Part shown: positions 1 through 7,890 of the stretch, one piece after another
Layout: every line of letters starts with the position of its first letter
Numbering within the stretch: position 1 is the stretch's first letter
Source of the DNA: a virus
Length of the DNA: 64,000 nucleotides
IMG/VR virus record: IMGVR_UViG_3300025913_000001
Span: 7,952-71,951 of that record
Direction: 5' to 3' (one strand)
The notes under the pieces: generated by a model
Database searches by the model: none
Told to the model about the DNA's origin: nothing
What the model saw: the letters and a program-made list of their open reading frames with translations, nothing else
Position numbers and translations under genes: made by a program

Positions 1-544
1 ATAACATTGGCTCTAAAGCCTCTATATTAGCCTTGTGGGCATCGGCTAATGTATCTAAGCCTCTCACCTGAAATACATCGTACCAAAAGGTATCCAGTCC
101 CAAAATATCAAGATAGGTACGCCATTGGTAGCTGCGCATATACTCTTGCATATCCACGGTACTATACTTCGTTTTTGTGTCCCGTACCGATATGCCCTCA
201 ATGCCATCACACGTGCCCGTTACCAATATCTCAAAGTGCTTAGTTTGGTAAACCTTACTGATAGGCACTTCTTTTTGCATCAATGGGTGAGCGTTGGCGT
301 ATTCCACTGCCGGCAAAGCCTGTGCATAGCTAAACTGAATGCCATTAACCAAACAACCATGTTGAGATACCATATCCGGGTATTCAATGATTTTGTGAAA
401 GGCTGAACCGTAATCGGCTTTGTCGCCCGAACCACGTTCGTCCTTAATGGTTAATAGTAGGTTCTCAAAAGTATTGTACGAATTTTCATCTTCGTACATA
501 TACTTGCGGAATGCTTCAAGTTTTGTGACTCTTATCGTTAACAT
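1..544 (-). CDS. PD-(D/E)XK exonuclease-like recombination nuclease (runs off the window edge)
   Basis: Not in ORF track; manual translation MLTIRVTKLEAFRKY...GSAFHKIIE...KEVPI...VTGTCDGIEGISVRDTKTK...YQWRTYL shows G-x-x-D...D-x-K and Q-x-x-x-Y motifs; its ATG overlaps the stop of the AAA_24 gene. Confidence 0.75.
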   Translation of the reverse strand, partial: MLTIRVTKLEAFRKYMYEDENSYNTFENLLLTIKDERGSGDKADYGSAFHKIIEYPDMVSQHGCLVNGIQFSYAQALPAVEYANAHPLMQKEVPISKVYQTKHFEILVTGTCDGIEGISVRDTKTKYSTVDMQEYMRSYQWRTYLDILGLDTFWYDVFQVRGLDTLADAHKANIEALEPML

Positions 545-1467
545 TATGCTACTCCTTCCGCAACAATAGGTTCAAACACTTTTGCTTCTTTGTTCCACTT
601 CACTTCAATCTTACCTAAATGCTTTGCGAAGTAGGCTTTCACCTGTACGGCTATATGTGTTTCGGTAATAGCCCCTATTTCGGTGCTTATAGCCTTTAAG
701 GCGGCATCATCTGCGGTTAAGGCATCAATCCTACCATACCAGCCTTCAAGTATCTCTAAAGCCTTCATTTGGTCGTCTGTTTGTTTGCCTATAGCGTCCT
801 TAACCTTTTGAATGATTTCACGGTCGCAAAAGCCTTTCCAGTCAGGATCGGTATGTAAAGGCAATATCAGTTTCGGTAGTCCCGCCACGTTCTTGCCAAT
901 TGTCTTTTCAGTAGGGTTAAACTCAATGGTGCGGCGGTTATTCTCTACCGTCATAAAGCCTACTTGGTCAGCTATACGCAATAATAGGTTTAACGAACCA
1001 CCCGTAACGTCAGGCGTAATTTTGGTATTGTCGCCATCCTTGTCGTACTTGGCGTGGGCGATGATAACAATATCCCTACCGCTGCCACGATTTTTGGCAA
1101 TAAATAGTTTGAACTCGTCGCCGATAGCACCGTACATTTTGAGTTTATTGGTGCGTAGTTTAGCATCGTTTTTAATCACATATTCGGTCAGAAAGTCATC
1201 CAAACACGATTTTGCTGTGTCCACGATAAGGGTACTGTATGAGTTAAAAGTACCTGCGGCATCTTCCCGTTCCACCTCTGCCCAACCCTCGTCAAATACA
1301 AGGCTGTCAGGACGGCCAATAGAACGTTGTATGCCTCTATCGAAGTCGAGGTGTATCGGATTGTTAGAAGTGTTGCCTAAAGAGGTCTTACTAACGCCGG
1401 GATCGCCGTATACGAATAGTATAACAGGGCGTGTCGGCAATGATTGCGATTTTTTTATGACTGGCAT
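544..1467 (-). CDS. AAA_24 / Sak4-like P-loop ATPase (ssDNA annealing/recombination)
   Basis: Walker A YGDPGVSKTS, LDFDRG, Walker B LIVDT, IIAH motif; paired with an exonuclease. Confidence 0.8.
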   Translation of the reverse strand: MPVIKKSQSLPTRPVILFVYGDPGVSKTSLGNTSNNPIHLDFDRGIQRSIGRPDSLVFDEGWAEVEREDAAGTFNSYSTLIVDTAKSCLDDFLTEYVIKNDAKLRTNKLKMYGAIGDEFKLFIAKNRGSGRDIVIIAHAKYDKDGDNTKITPDVTGGSLNLLLRIADQVGFMTVENNRRTIEFNPTEKTIGKNVAGLPKLILPLHTDPDWKGFCDREIIQKVKDAIGKQTDDQMKALEILEGWYGRIDALTADDAALKAISTEIGAITETHIAVQVKAYFAKHLGKIEVKWNKEAKVFEPIVAEGVA

Positions 1468-1485
1468 GATTTTAATTTTTAAATG

Positions 1486-1971
1486 TTAAAATGGTAAATC
1501 ATCATCTTCCGAATTTGAAACGATGACTGGTTTTTCTTTATATCCGTTGGTGATAATATCAAAATAGTTTATAATGTCTAAGCGGTGTTTAGGTATTCCG
1601 TACTTATGGAAGTAAACAAGTTTAGCCTCCATTATTTGTTTTGGAGATTGTACTCGTAGCTGAATGCCTTGAAACTCTACATTCTCATAAATGACTTTTG
1701 GATTAACAAAATAATCGTATTGCCTTTCATTGATAGAGATAGTATGACAATTTACATCATCATCGCTTCCTGTTTGATGAACCAATTTTTGCCCTTTAAA
1801 TGCATAGTAACAATGGCCTACCAAATCAATATCGGTGCTTGTACGGTAATTAATGGCCTTCTGAATTATCAGCGCCATACTACCACCTAAAATTATAGAA
1901 TCCCATTGTTCTTTAAGGGCTATAAATGGTTGTAGATTTGTAACAAGTTCGTCGGCTTGTGCTTGGTTCAT
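1486..1971 (-). CDS. Pol-beta-superfamily nucleotidyltransferase-like protein with acidic DDLPF tail
   Basis: IILGGSMAL...RTSTDIDLV motif, then IMEAKL...KHRLDI; C-terminus EDDDLPF. Confidence 0.6.
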   Translation of the reverse strand: MNQAQADELVTNLQPFIALKEQWDSIILGGSMALIIQKAINYRTSTDIDLVGHCYYAFKGQKLVHQTGSDDDVNCHTISINERQYDYFVNPKVIYENVEFQGIQLRVQSPKQIMEAKLVYFHKYGIPKHRLDIINYFDIITNGYKEKPVIVSNSEDDDLPF

Positions 1972-2010
1972 GATTATTTTTTTGGTTGGTTTAAAATTTC
2001 CTTATGCTTT

Positions 2011-2195
2011 CTACCACCAATAGCTCAAATCCAGAAGAATGTTGAGCTAAAGACAAAGCCTTGTTCAAGAGGCAGTCATATTGGTGACCCGTTTTTGCGA
2101 GTTGGCTGTCTCGACCATTTTACTGGATTTAGCCGCTTAGTCAGCGGAAGTATAATAACCCTATTTTTTATAGACTTTAGGCACACTGTCTTTTT
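2011..2195 (-). ncRNA. Candidate structured leader/ncRNA upstream of the nucleotidyltransferase
   Basis: ORF-free on the coding strand between a promoter and the ATG; complementary pairs 2015-2022/2079-2086, 2027-2034/2123-2130, 2049-2055/2187-2193, 2021-2028/2042-2049. Confidence 0.45.
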
Positions 2196-2202
2196 CCTTA
2201 TG

Positions 2203-2233
2203 CAATTGTAAGAATAATAAATGTATATACAAA
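2203..2233 (-). promoter_or_regulatory. Bacteroidota-type promoter with overlapping TGTATATACA palindrome
   Basis: Minus strand TTTG-19 bp-TACAATTG; palindrome at 2222-2231. Confidence 0.6.
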
Positions 2234-2240
2234 ATTATTT

Positions 2241-2405
2241 TCACTTTGTTTTTTCAGCCTCGTATTGTCCGATACATTCCCACGCTACAATAGCCTTTGC
2301 CAATAGGATTTTCTCGTCCCAAAACTCAGTTTCAAAGTCGGCATCTTTTATCTGCTCGTAGCGTTCGTTCGCTGACTGGTATTGTTGTTCGGTGGTGATT
2401 GTCAT
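2241..2405 (-). CDS. Hypothetical protein
   Basis: ORF track; likely start MTITTEQQY. Confidence 0.5.
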   Translation of the reverse strand: MTITTEQQYQSANERYEQIKDADFETEFWDEKILLAKAIVAWECIGQYEAEKTK

Positions 2406-2535
2406 AATAATTCGTGTTCTTCGATGTAACAACCTAAACCATGATAGGTAGTCTGTTTAATATATGTTTCTGCCAATTCTTTGTTTTTACAAATTGCTAC
2501 TATAGCATCCATAAAGTTAAACACTACGTATACAG

Positions 2536-2817
2536 TCATAGCTTCGGTATTTGTTTGGTTATTTCCTCTTTTAAGGCGTTGTAACGCAAGATAAATGCGG
2601 TCAGGGTAATCTCATCCTCGTTGCTGCATAAATCTTCCCTGATTAGCCTATTGATAGCATTAGGTAGACTTGTATAATAGCCTAAGTCTAGAGACGATTC
2701 CTTGCCGAAGTTAGGGCTGTTCTCGTCCTGATTAGTCCTGTACGATTGCGGGACATATTGGCTCGTGTCGGCTTGTATCGTGTACTTCTTGCCGGATAGT
2801 GTAAGTTCTATTGTCAT
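2536..2817 (-). CDS. Hypothetical phage protein (DUF5405-like)
   Basis: YTIQADTSQY...LGYYTSLPNAI resembles small phage early proteins. Confidence 0.5.
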   Translation of the reverse strand: MTIELTLSGKKYTIQADTSQYVPQSYRTNQDENSPNFGKESSLDLGYYTSLPNAINRLIREDLCSNEDEITLTAFILRYNALKEEITKQIPKL

Positions 2818-2844
2818 TTTTATTTTCTCTTTTAAATTGTTTCT

Positions 2845-2882
2845 AAAAAACTGGCAGTCAGCCTTGCGCCTCGTGCCAGTTT
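2845..2882 (-). terminator. Intrinsic terminator downstream of the tRNA-like RNA
   Basis: Minus strand AAACTGGCA...TGCCAGTTT followed by a T run. Confidence 0.55.
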
Positions 2883-2951
2883 ACCTAAACCTAAATTAAA
2901 CCCAGAGGCTTTACAGCCCCTATCACTTATGAAAACTACCGAGATTGGTAG

Positions 2952-3061
2952 TCGGAGTGTAGACGGGATTTGAACCCGTGGTGTCCACTTAATTACAGGT
3001 ATCCGAACCCTAAGCAGACATTTATTCGGTATCACCAATAGGCCTCTCTGGCACTACACTC
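2952..3061 (-). tRNA. Non-canonical tRNA-like RNA (no assignable anticodon)
   Basis: 8-bp acceptor GAGTGTAG/CTACACTC; D arm TGCCAGAGAGGCCTATTGG; T arm ACGGG-TTCAAAT-CCCGT; ~55-nt central region; ends CGA, not CCA. Confidence 0.7.
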
Positions 3062-3069
3062 TTTATCTT

Positions 3070-3243
3070 TCAATACACCGCTTTAAACACATATCCTTTG
3101 CCCTTGTACGCTGCCTTTAGCAACGCTACGTTATAACCTGTATCAATTAGCGTCTTGCCTAAGTAGACCTGCCACATGGTCGGCTTCTTTGCGCCGAATT
3201 GTTGACGGTGGGCTAATTGCTCTGTGCGGTTAAATGTTCTCAT
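3070..3243 (-). CDS. Small hypothetical protein (57 aa)
   Basis: Manual translation MRTFNRTEQL...VFKAVY; ATGA overlap with the upstream ORF. Confidence 0.55.
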   Translation of the reverse strand: MRTFNRTEQLAHRQQFGAKKPTMWQVYLGKTLIDTGYNVALLKAAYKGKGYVFKAVY

Positions 3244-3416
3244 TTGTCCATGCTTTTACGGCTGAATAGATACTCCCACCCATCACCGTATGCGTCATAC
3301 ATTCGATCACAAAAGTTTTCGTAACTCTCGAACGGTAGCGAATATTCCACGTAAAGCTTTTCCTTAACTGTCGGCTGCGATTCGTCCTCTAAAATGTCGA
3401 TTTGCTCTTTACTCAT
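3240..3416 (-). CDS. Small acidic hypothetical protein (58 aa)
   Basis: Manual translation MSKEQIDILE...SRKSMDK; ATGA overlaps at both ends. Confidence 0.55.
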   Translation of the reverse strand: MSKEQIDILEDESQPTVKEKLYVEYSLPFESYENFCDRMYDAYGDGWEYLFSRKSMDK

Positions 3417-3775
3417 GGATTTGGTTGTTTAGATGGTTTGATATAGTTGGTTTTAGCGTCTATAAACTTTTTAAATCTTTCCCATGTTTTAGGGCAACCT
3501 GTTATGTAGTTATATAGTCTACCATTTTTATAGTAAACTTCTTCTTTAACCGAAAATCCTAATAATAAATCATTCCATTTTTCAGAAATCGGCTCTCTTG
3601 TTCTTAAAAAGGAAACAACTGTTTTTTGAGTATTAAATCCTCCAACCCTGTCCCTATATTGTTCTTTTTTACCGAACCATCCTTTGGGGTAAACAGGATA
3701 ACCGTAGTTTTTACCTGTATATTCACCGTTGGCATCTAATATGCCATCAAGCATCATGTCTGCTATATCACCCAT
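3413..3775 (-). CDS. Hypothetical phage protein
   Basis: N-terminal MGDIADMMLDG motif common in phage early genes; overlaps neighbours. Confidence 0.65.
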   Translation of the reverse strand: MGDIADMMLDGILDANGEYTGKNYGYPVYPKGWFGKKEQYRDRVGGFNTQKTVVSFLRTREPISEKWNDLLLGFSVKEEVYYKNGRLYNYITGCPKTWERFKKFIDAKTNYIKPSKQPNP

Positions 3776-3977
3776 TGTTCAATGCCTCCTTTAACTCGTT
3801 AAACTTCTTGTCACGTTGCAAATGTATTTCCTCGTCATGCATCCTGTCCAACTCGTTGTAAGCTGCCATAAGATGCTCAAAAACGTTATTGGTGGATTGC
3901 TCCCCCTGCTTAGTCCATTCGTTCATCAGATCGAATGTTTTGCCCCTGAAACGGGATATGATGGTTAATGCGCTCAT
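3768..3977 (-). CDS. Hypothetical protein
   Basis: ORF track; likely start MSALTII. Confidence 0.5.
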   Translation of the reverse strand: MSALTIISRFRGKTFDLMNEWTKQGEQSTNNVFEHLMAAYNELDRMHDEEIHLQRDKKFNELKEALNNG

Positions 3978-3981
3978 GATT

Positions 3982-4803
3982 TTACCATTTATAAATTCCA
4001 CCACGTTGTATAAACATTTCTCTATCGAGGCTTATTTGTTCAATACAGTGGCTAAAATCGTTATCAATTAAACTGTCTGAATAGGTATGTTTACCCGCAC
4101 TGTTTTCAAATAGTCTGCCTTGCGGGTCAATTAGCAAATAACTACCCGTCATTGCTTCGTTACTTTCGGGGACTAAGCAATCATGAAATCCGTGGTGCAT
4201 GACAAACGTTGTAAATTGTTGCTGAGTGACCTTTATTTCATCAAACTGTTTGTCGTTTTGTTCTTCAATTCTTAGAGCCTGAAAAACTTTCCACCTATCA
4301 GGATTGGCGAATGTTATAAAGTCGTTCATATCTTCCCCCCAATTATAGGCATTAACCACAGTATTGATTTTAAGCTTATAGCCGAACTTTTTAATTTGGC
4401 TGACTAATGCCATGTAGTTAATTGCTTTTTTATGCTTACGCCCTATTAAAGCGTTAGTATCGGGGTTTAAACTGTCGATTGAAACGCCTATCCAATTTAG
4501 ATATCCTTTCATCTTTTTTAACCATTCATCAGTAATAAAACTGCCATTGGTTATAATGCTTGTTGTCATACCTAATGAATGAGCATAAATTATGCAAGCA
4601 TCTAAATCTTTGTATAGCATAGGTTCGCCACCCGCAAAAGTTATTTTTTGTACGCCAGATAAAAATAGTTTTCGTATGCAAGTTTTAGCATCGTAAATAT
4701 TTATTGTTTTTACGTGCATATCGTCAAAAGTAGCATAACAGAATTTACACTTCATGTTACACGGCTTCACTATGTGAAACGATACGGTTTCAAAAGTTTT
4801 CAT
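3982..4803 (-). CDS. Viperin-family (RSAD2/pVip-like) radical SAM enzyme
   Basis: CNMKCKFC cluster motif, KITFAGGEP, SIITNGS, VSIDS, KLKINTVV, RWKVFQAL, ESNEAMTGSYLLIDPQGR: the viperin-type motif set. Confidence 0.9.
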   Translation of the reverse strand: MKTFETVSFHIVKPCNMKCKFCYATFDDMHVKTINIYDAKTCIRKLFLSGVQKITFAGGEPMLYKDLDACIIYAHSLGMTTSIITNGSFITDEWLKKMKGYLNWIGVSIDSLNPDTNALIGRKHKKAINYMALVSQIKKFGYKLKINTVVNAYNWGEDMNDFITFANPDRWKVFQALRIEEQNDKQFDEIKVTQQQFTTFVMHHGFHDCLVPESNEAMTGSYLLIDPQGRLFENSAGKHTYSDSLIDNDFSHCIEQISLDREMFIQRGGIYKW

Positions 4804-5176
4804 CTTCTTTATATTGTTTTTTAGCCGTTTCAGTTTCTTTAACTTTCATCCAATTGTATTCATTGGCGACCTCTTTTAAATCAGCCGCTTTAATGCTAAA
4901 ATCTGTTTTCTCAAACTTCAAACCTTTCAGGTAGCTGTTCACAAATGCCCCAACACTTGTATCGAACTTTTTAAGGACTTCTAAGCTACTCAAAGCAACA
5001 TTTGAGTACATGTACCCAACGCCGGATTTAAATTGAATATACAGCCTTAAACTGACTTCATCGTAGGCGAAGTAATCAACGTTGCTGCTATCCCTTTTTT
5101 CAATAATAAAACTGGTTAACTCTTTCGGTGCGGACAGCAATACGCCGTCAAGCACTATTAGGAATGTTTGGTTCAT
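4790..5176 (-). CDS. KTSC-domain protein
   Basis: DSSNVDYFAYDEVSLRLYIQFKSGVGYMYSNV...SVGAFVNSYLK. Confidence 0.75.
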   Translation of the reverse strand: MNQTFLIVLDGVLLSAPKELTSFIIEKRDSSNVDYFAYDEVSLRLYIQFKSGVGYMYSNVALSSLEVLKKFDTSVGAFVNSYLKGLKFEKTDFSIKAADLKEVANEYNWMKVKETETAKKQYKEDENF

Positions 5177-5397
5177 GGGTTCTCTTTGTTAAGTTGCTCA
5201 ATAAGGTTATTGGCATAGGCGGTTGCTTCTTCAACAACTGAATAAAGCCCATTGCTTCTATCTTTCGGATTGGCTAACAATCCTTGCATAGCCATCGCTG
5301 CAAAGTATTCACGTTTGGTTAATCCTTGCCTACAAGTAACAATATCCCCTTCTAAAATTGCTATAGATGGGTTTAATACATCGTTTGCGTTTGTCAT
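5173..5397 (-). CDS. Conserved phage hypothetical protein
   Basis: GLTKREYFAAMAMQGLLAN motif widespread in phage early regions. Confidence 0.8.
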   Translation of the reverse strand: MTNANDVLNPSIAILEGDIVTCRQGLTKREYFAAMAMQGLLANPKDRSNGLYSVVEEATAYANNLIEQLNKENP

Positions 5398-5436
5398 AAT
5401 GCTTTTTTGGTTTGGTAAATTTCCTTAATTCTTAAA

Positions 5437-5466
5437 CGAAGATACAACTAAAAATGTATATACAAA
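5437..5466 (-). promoter_or_regulatory. Bacteroidota-type promoter with TGTATATACA palindrome, upstream of the KTSC-viperin genes
   Basis: Minus strand TTTG-18 bp-TATCTTCG; palindrome at 5455-5464. Confidence 0.55.
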
Positions 5467-5483
5467 ATGTTTTTGCAAATAAA

Positions 5484-5783
5484 TTATAATTTGTTCCCCA
5501 ACTCCTTTATTTCGGACTCTAATTCGGCTATACGAACGCTTATAGGCGCTTCAAATATATTATGCCAATTGGTTATTTGTGTTTCATCTGATAGCCTTAC
5601 TTGACCATCACACGCCTTATTAAGCGGATCAAAGTTTTGCTGCGGATGTTGCTTGTATTTTTCTGTACCTACCAAAAGTGTAATGTTTCCGGTTATCTTT
5701 GCTTGCTCAAATACTTTTAGCAAGTTCTTTAAACTCTGCCTTTCCTGCGCTAACTCTTGTAGCCTTTGTAATTCGTTATCCAT
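5484..5783 (-). CDS. Hypothetical protein
   Basis: ORF track; in-operon spacing. Confidence 0.6.
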   Translation of the reverse strand: MDNELQRLQELAQERQSLKNLLKVFEQAKITGNITLLVGTEKYKQHPQQNFDPLNKACDGQVRLSDETQITNWHNIFEAPISVRIAELESEIKELGNKL

Positions 5784-5784
5784 C

Positions 5785-6000
5785 TTAGTTAAAATTAACG
5801 GTTAAATAATCGGCGGTTAAAACGCTCTGATAGCCCTGTTTTGCGGCTGTCTGGCGAAGTCTTTCTGCTATGGCTGGGCTTATACTGTCAACGCTTAGTA
5901 AATCGCCTGTAGGCGTTATTTTGTAAACTGCCTTTGATAAGTCTTTCGCCATCGGAAAGGCTCTTAACTGTTTGTAGATTGATGAAATAAATGTTTCCAT
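5785..6000 (-). CDS. Hypothetical protein
   Basis: ORF track; in-operon spacing. Confidence 0.55.
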   Translation of the reverse strand: METFISSIYKQLRAFPMAKDLSKAVYKITPTGDLLSVDSISPAIAERLRQTAAKQGYQSVLTADYLTVNFN

Positions 6001-6273
6001 TGTGATTGGTTTAAAGTGTTTTGTAAATTGCTATACCTATAAGCACTATTAAAATAGTGGTGCATACCAATAGAATAGCGTTAAATTGTTCTTCTTTTTT
6101 GTTTGTAAAGCGTTCGTATGCGCTCATTTTACAAATTGTTTGACAACTTCAATAATGGCGTAAATTACTATTGTAGATGTTATTATGCCTATAGCTAAAT
6201 AAAATCCGTTACCACCAATTGCTGTTGTAAACTGTTTTTGTGTATATGGTTTCATTTGACTTGCTTTTTAAAT

Positions 6274-7428
6274 TTATAGAACCTCTTTGGCTTCGCCCTT
6301 TACAAGCGTATAAAAAGTATCAGCCTGTATACTTTTACCGTCTACTTTAAAGCCTTTAACGTCGATTACATTCCAATTACCTAAATTATCTCTTTCCCAT
6401 TCTGATATAACGATAAAAGAACCTAAAGCCGCTTTAGCTTTACCGCCTGCGTTTAAACATGCCGAAATACAATACTCGCCTGTTGTAGCAGAGTTAGCAC
6501 CGTAGCCTGTTGTAGCAGAGTTAGCACGGTTGCCTGTTGTAGCAGAGTTAGCATACTCGCCTGTTGTAGCAGAGTTAGCACCGTAGCCTGTTGTAGCAGA
6601 GTTAGCACCGTAGCCTGTTGTAGCAGAGTTAGCATACTCGCCTGTTGTAGCAGAGTTAGCATACTCGCCTGTTGTAGCAGAGTTAGCACGGTAGCCTGTT
6701 GTAGCAGAGTTAGCACGGTTGCCTGTTGTAGCAGAGTTAGCATACTCGCCTGTTGTAGCAGAGTTAGCACGGTAGCCTGTTGTAGCAGAGTTAGCATACT
6801 CGCCTGTTGTAGCAGAGTTAGCACGGTCGCCTGTTGTAGCAGAGTTAGCACGGTTGCCTGTTGTAGCAGAGTTAGCATACTCGCCTGTTGTAGCAGAGTT
6901 AGCACGGTTGCCTGTTGTAGCAGAGTTAGCATGGTTGCCTGTTGTAGCAGAGTTAGCATACTCGCCTGTTGTAGCAGAGTTAGCACCGTAGCCTGTTGTA
7001 GCAGAGTTAGCACCGTAGCCTGTTGTAGCAGAGTTAGCACCGTAGCCTGTTGTAGCACTCGATATTTCAGAGGCATTAGTCTTTTCAAAAATGAATTTAA
7101 CCGCTCCTTTGATTAAACTACTCAAATTTAACTCTAAGCCAATTTTGATTTTAGAGGATGCTATTTTGCTATCTTCATTATGGCGGTCAATTTTGCCTGA
7201 ACTTTCGGTATTAAAATACCGATTACCGTTTGTTGGTGGGTAATAATTAAAGATATCTAACGGATTTTCACAAGCATGAAAACCAGTTTCGCAAGCTTTT
7301 GCGTCTTTTTCTTCATACTCTTTGCCGGGTTCATATTGGAAGGATCGACATTTAATATCTTTATCTGTCCCCTTAAACGTGTTTACAGTTTCTTCTTTAG
7401 GTTGTTTGCTCTTAGTTTCTTTTTTCAT
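6274..7428 (-). CDS. Phage protein with DUF7666-like N-terminus and 9-aa SATTGxxAN beta-solenoid repeats
   Basis: FKGTDKDIKCRSFQYEPGKEY...CETGFHACENPLD N-domain; repeat core; C-terminal VDGKSIQADTFYTL. Confidence 0.8.
   Translation of the reverse strand: MKKETKSKQPKEETVNTFKGTDKDIKCRSFQYEPGKEYEEKDAKACETGFHACENPLDIFNYYPPTNGNRYFNTESSGKIDRHNEDSKIASSKIKIGLELNLSSLIKGAVKFIFEKTNASEISSATTGYGANSATTGYGANSATTGYGANSATTGEYANSATTGNHANSATTGNRANSATTGEYANSATTGNRANSATTGDRANSATTGEYANSATTGYRANSATTGEYANSATTGNRANSATTGYRANSATTGEYANSATTGEYANSATTGYGANSATTGYGANSATTGEYANSATTGNRANSATTGYGANSATTGEYCISACLNAGGKAKAALGSFIVISEWERDNLGNWNVIDVKGFKVDGKSIQADTFYTLVKGEAKEVL
6473..7057. repeat. Coding tandem array, ~22 x 27 bp
   Basis: Constant CCTGTTGTAGCAGAGTTAGCA plus 6 variable nt per unit. 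Confidence 0.95.
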
Positions 7429-7437
7429 GATTTAGGT

Positions 7438-7650
7438 TTATTTAATTGATTTAATTACGTAATTGCTCCCTGCGGTGTCGGTATGCCAAACTAATACAGT
7501 ATCCCCGACTTTAACAGATTTGTTGTAAGGGCTGATATTAGTTGCAATGGTGTCTTTATACTCCGCACACATTGACTTTAACACGTAGCTTGTTTTATGT
7601 TTACATGATGCTAACAGCACGGCGGTTAATAGGATGATTGATCTTTTCAT
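7438..7650 (-). CDS. Small lipoprotein
   Basis: MKRSIILLTAVLLAS-C lipobox. Confidence 0.7.
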   Translation of the reverse strand: MKRSIILLTAVLLASCKHKTSYVLKSMCAEYKDTIATNISPYNKSVKVGDTVLVWHTDTAGSNYVIKSIK

Positions 7651-7676
7651 GGTGGTTAGATGATTGTTTTTAATTT

Positions 7677-7865
7677 TTAAAACTCAAAAGCAAAGTTTTG
7701 TTCTGCAAGGCCAATATAAAATTTAGCTTCTCTTAAACCTTCCTTAGCCTTTGATAGATGGCTTAATGTTTCGTGTTTACATACTTCGTCAATTCCTGTA
7801 GAAGCGTTAATGTGTTCAATACGCTTGTTTATTTTTAAAAGCGTGGCTTCAATATCTTTTTTCAT
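7677..7865 (-). CDS. Hypothetical protein
   Basis: ORF track. Confidence 0.5.
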   Translation of the reverse strand: MKKDIEATLLKINKRIEHINASTGIDEVCKHETLSHLSKAKEGLREAKFYIGLAEQNFAFEF

Positions 7866-7890
7866 CGTCTTATTTATTTAACTGTTTATA

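Noticed and set aside
812-1489. 225-aa plus-strand ORF and similar antisense ORFs (e.g. 27423-27905, 47851-48420)
   Set aside because: Antisense shadows of well-supported genes, with no motifs of their own
2832-3038. 68-aa minus-strand ORF
   Set aside because: Overlaps the tRNA-like RNA and its terminator; better explained as RNA structure
6473-7057. Possible CRISPR or mini-CRISPR array
   Set aside because: Variable parts are only 6 nt and recur, the period is 9 codons inside an intact ORF, and no cas genes are present
6453-7088. Alternative-frame 211-aa LLQQATVLT repeat ORF
   Set aside because: Stop-free shadow frame of the tandem repeat; the other frame has recognisable flanking domains
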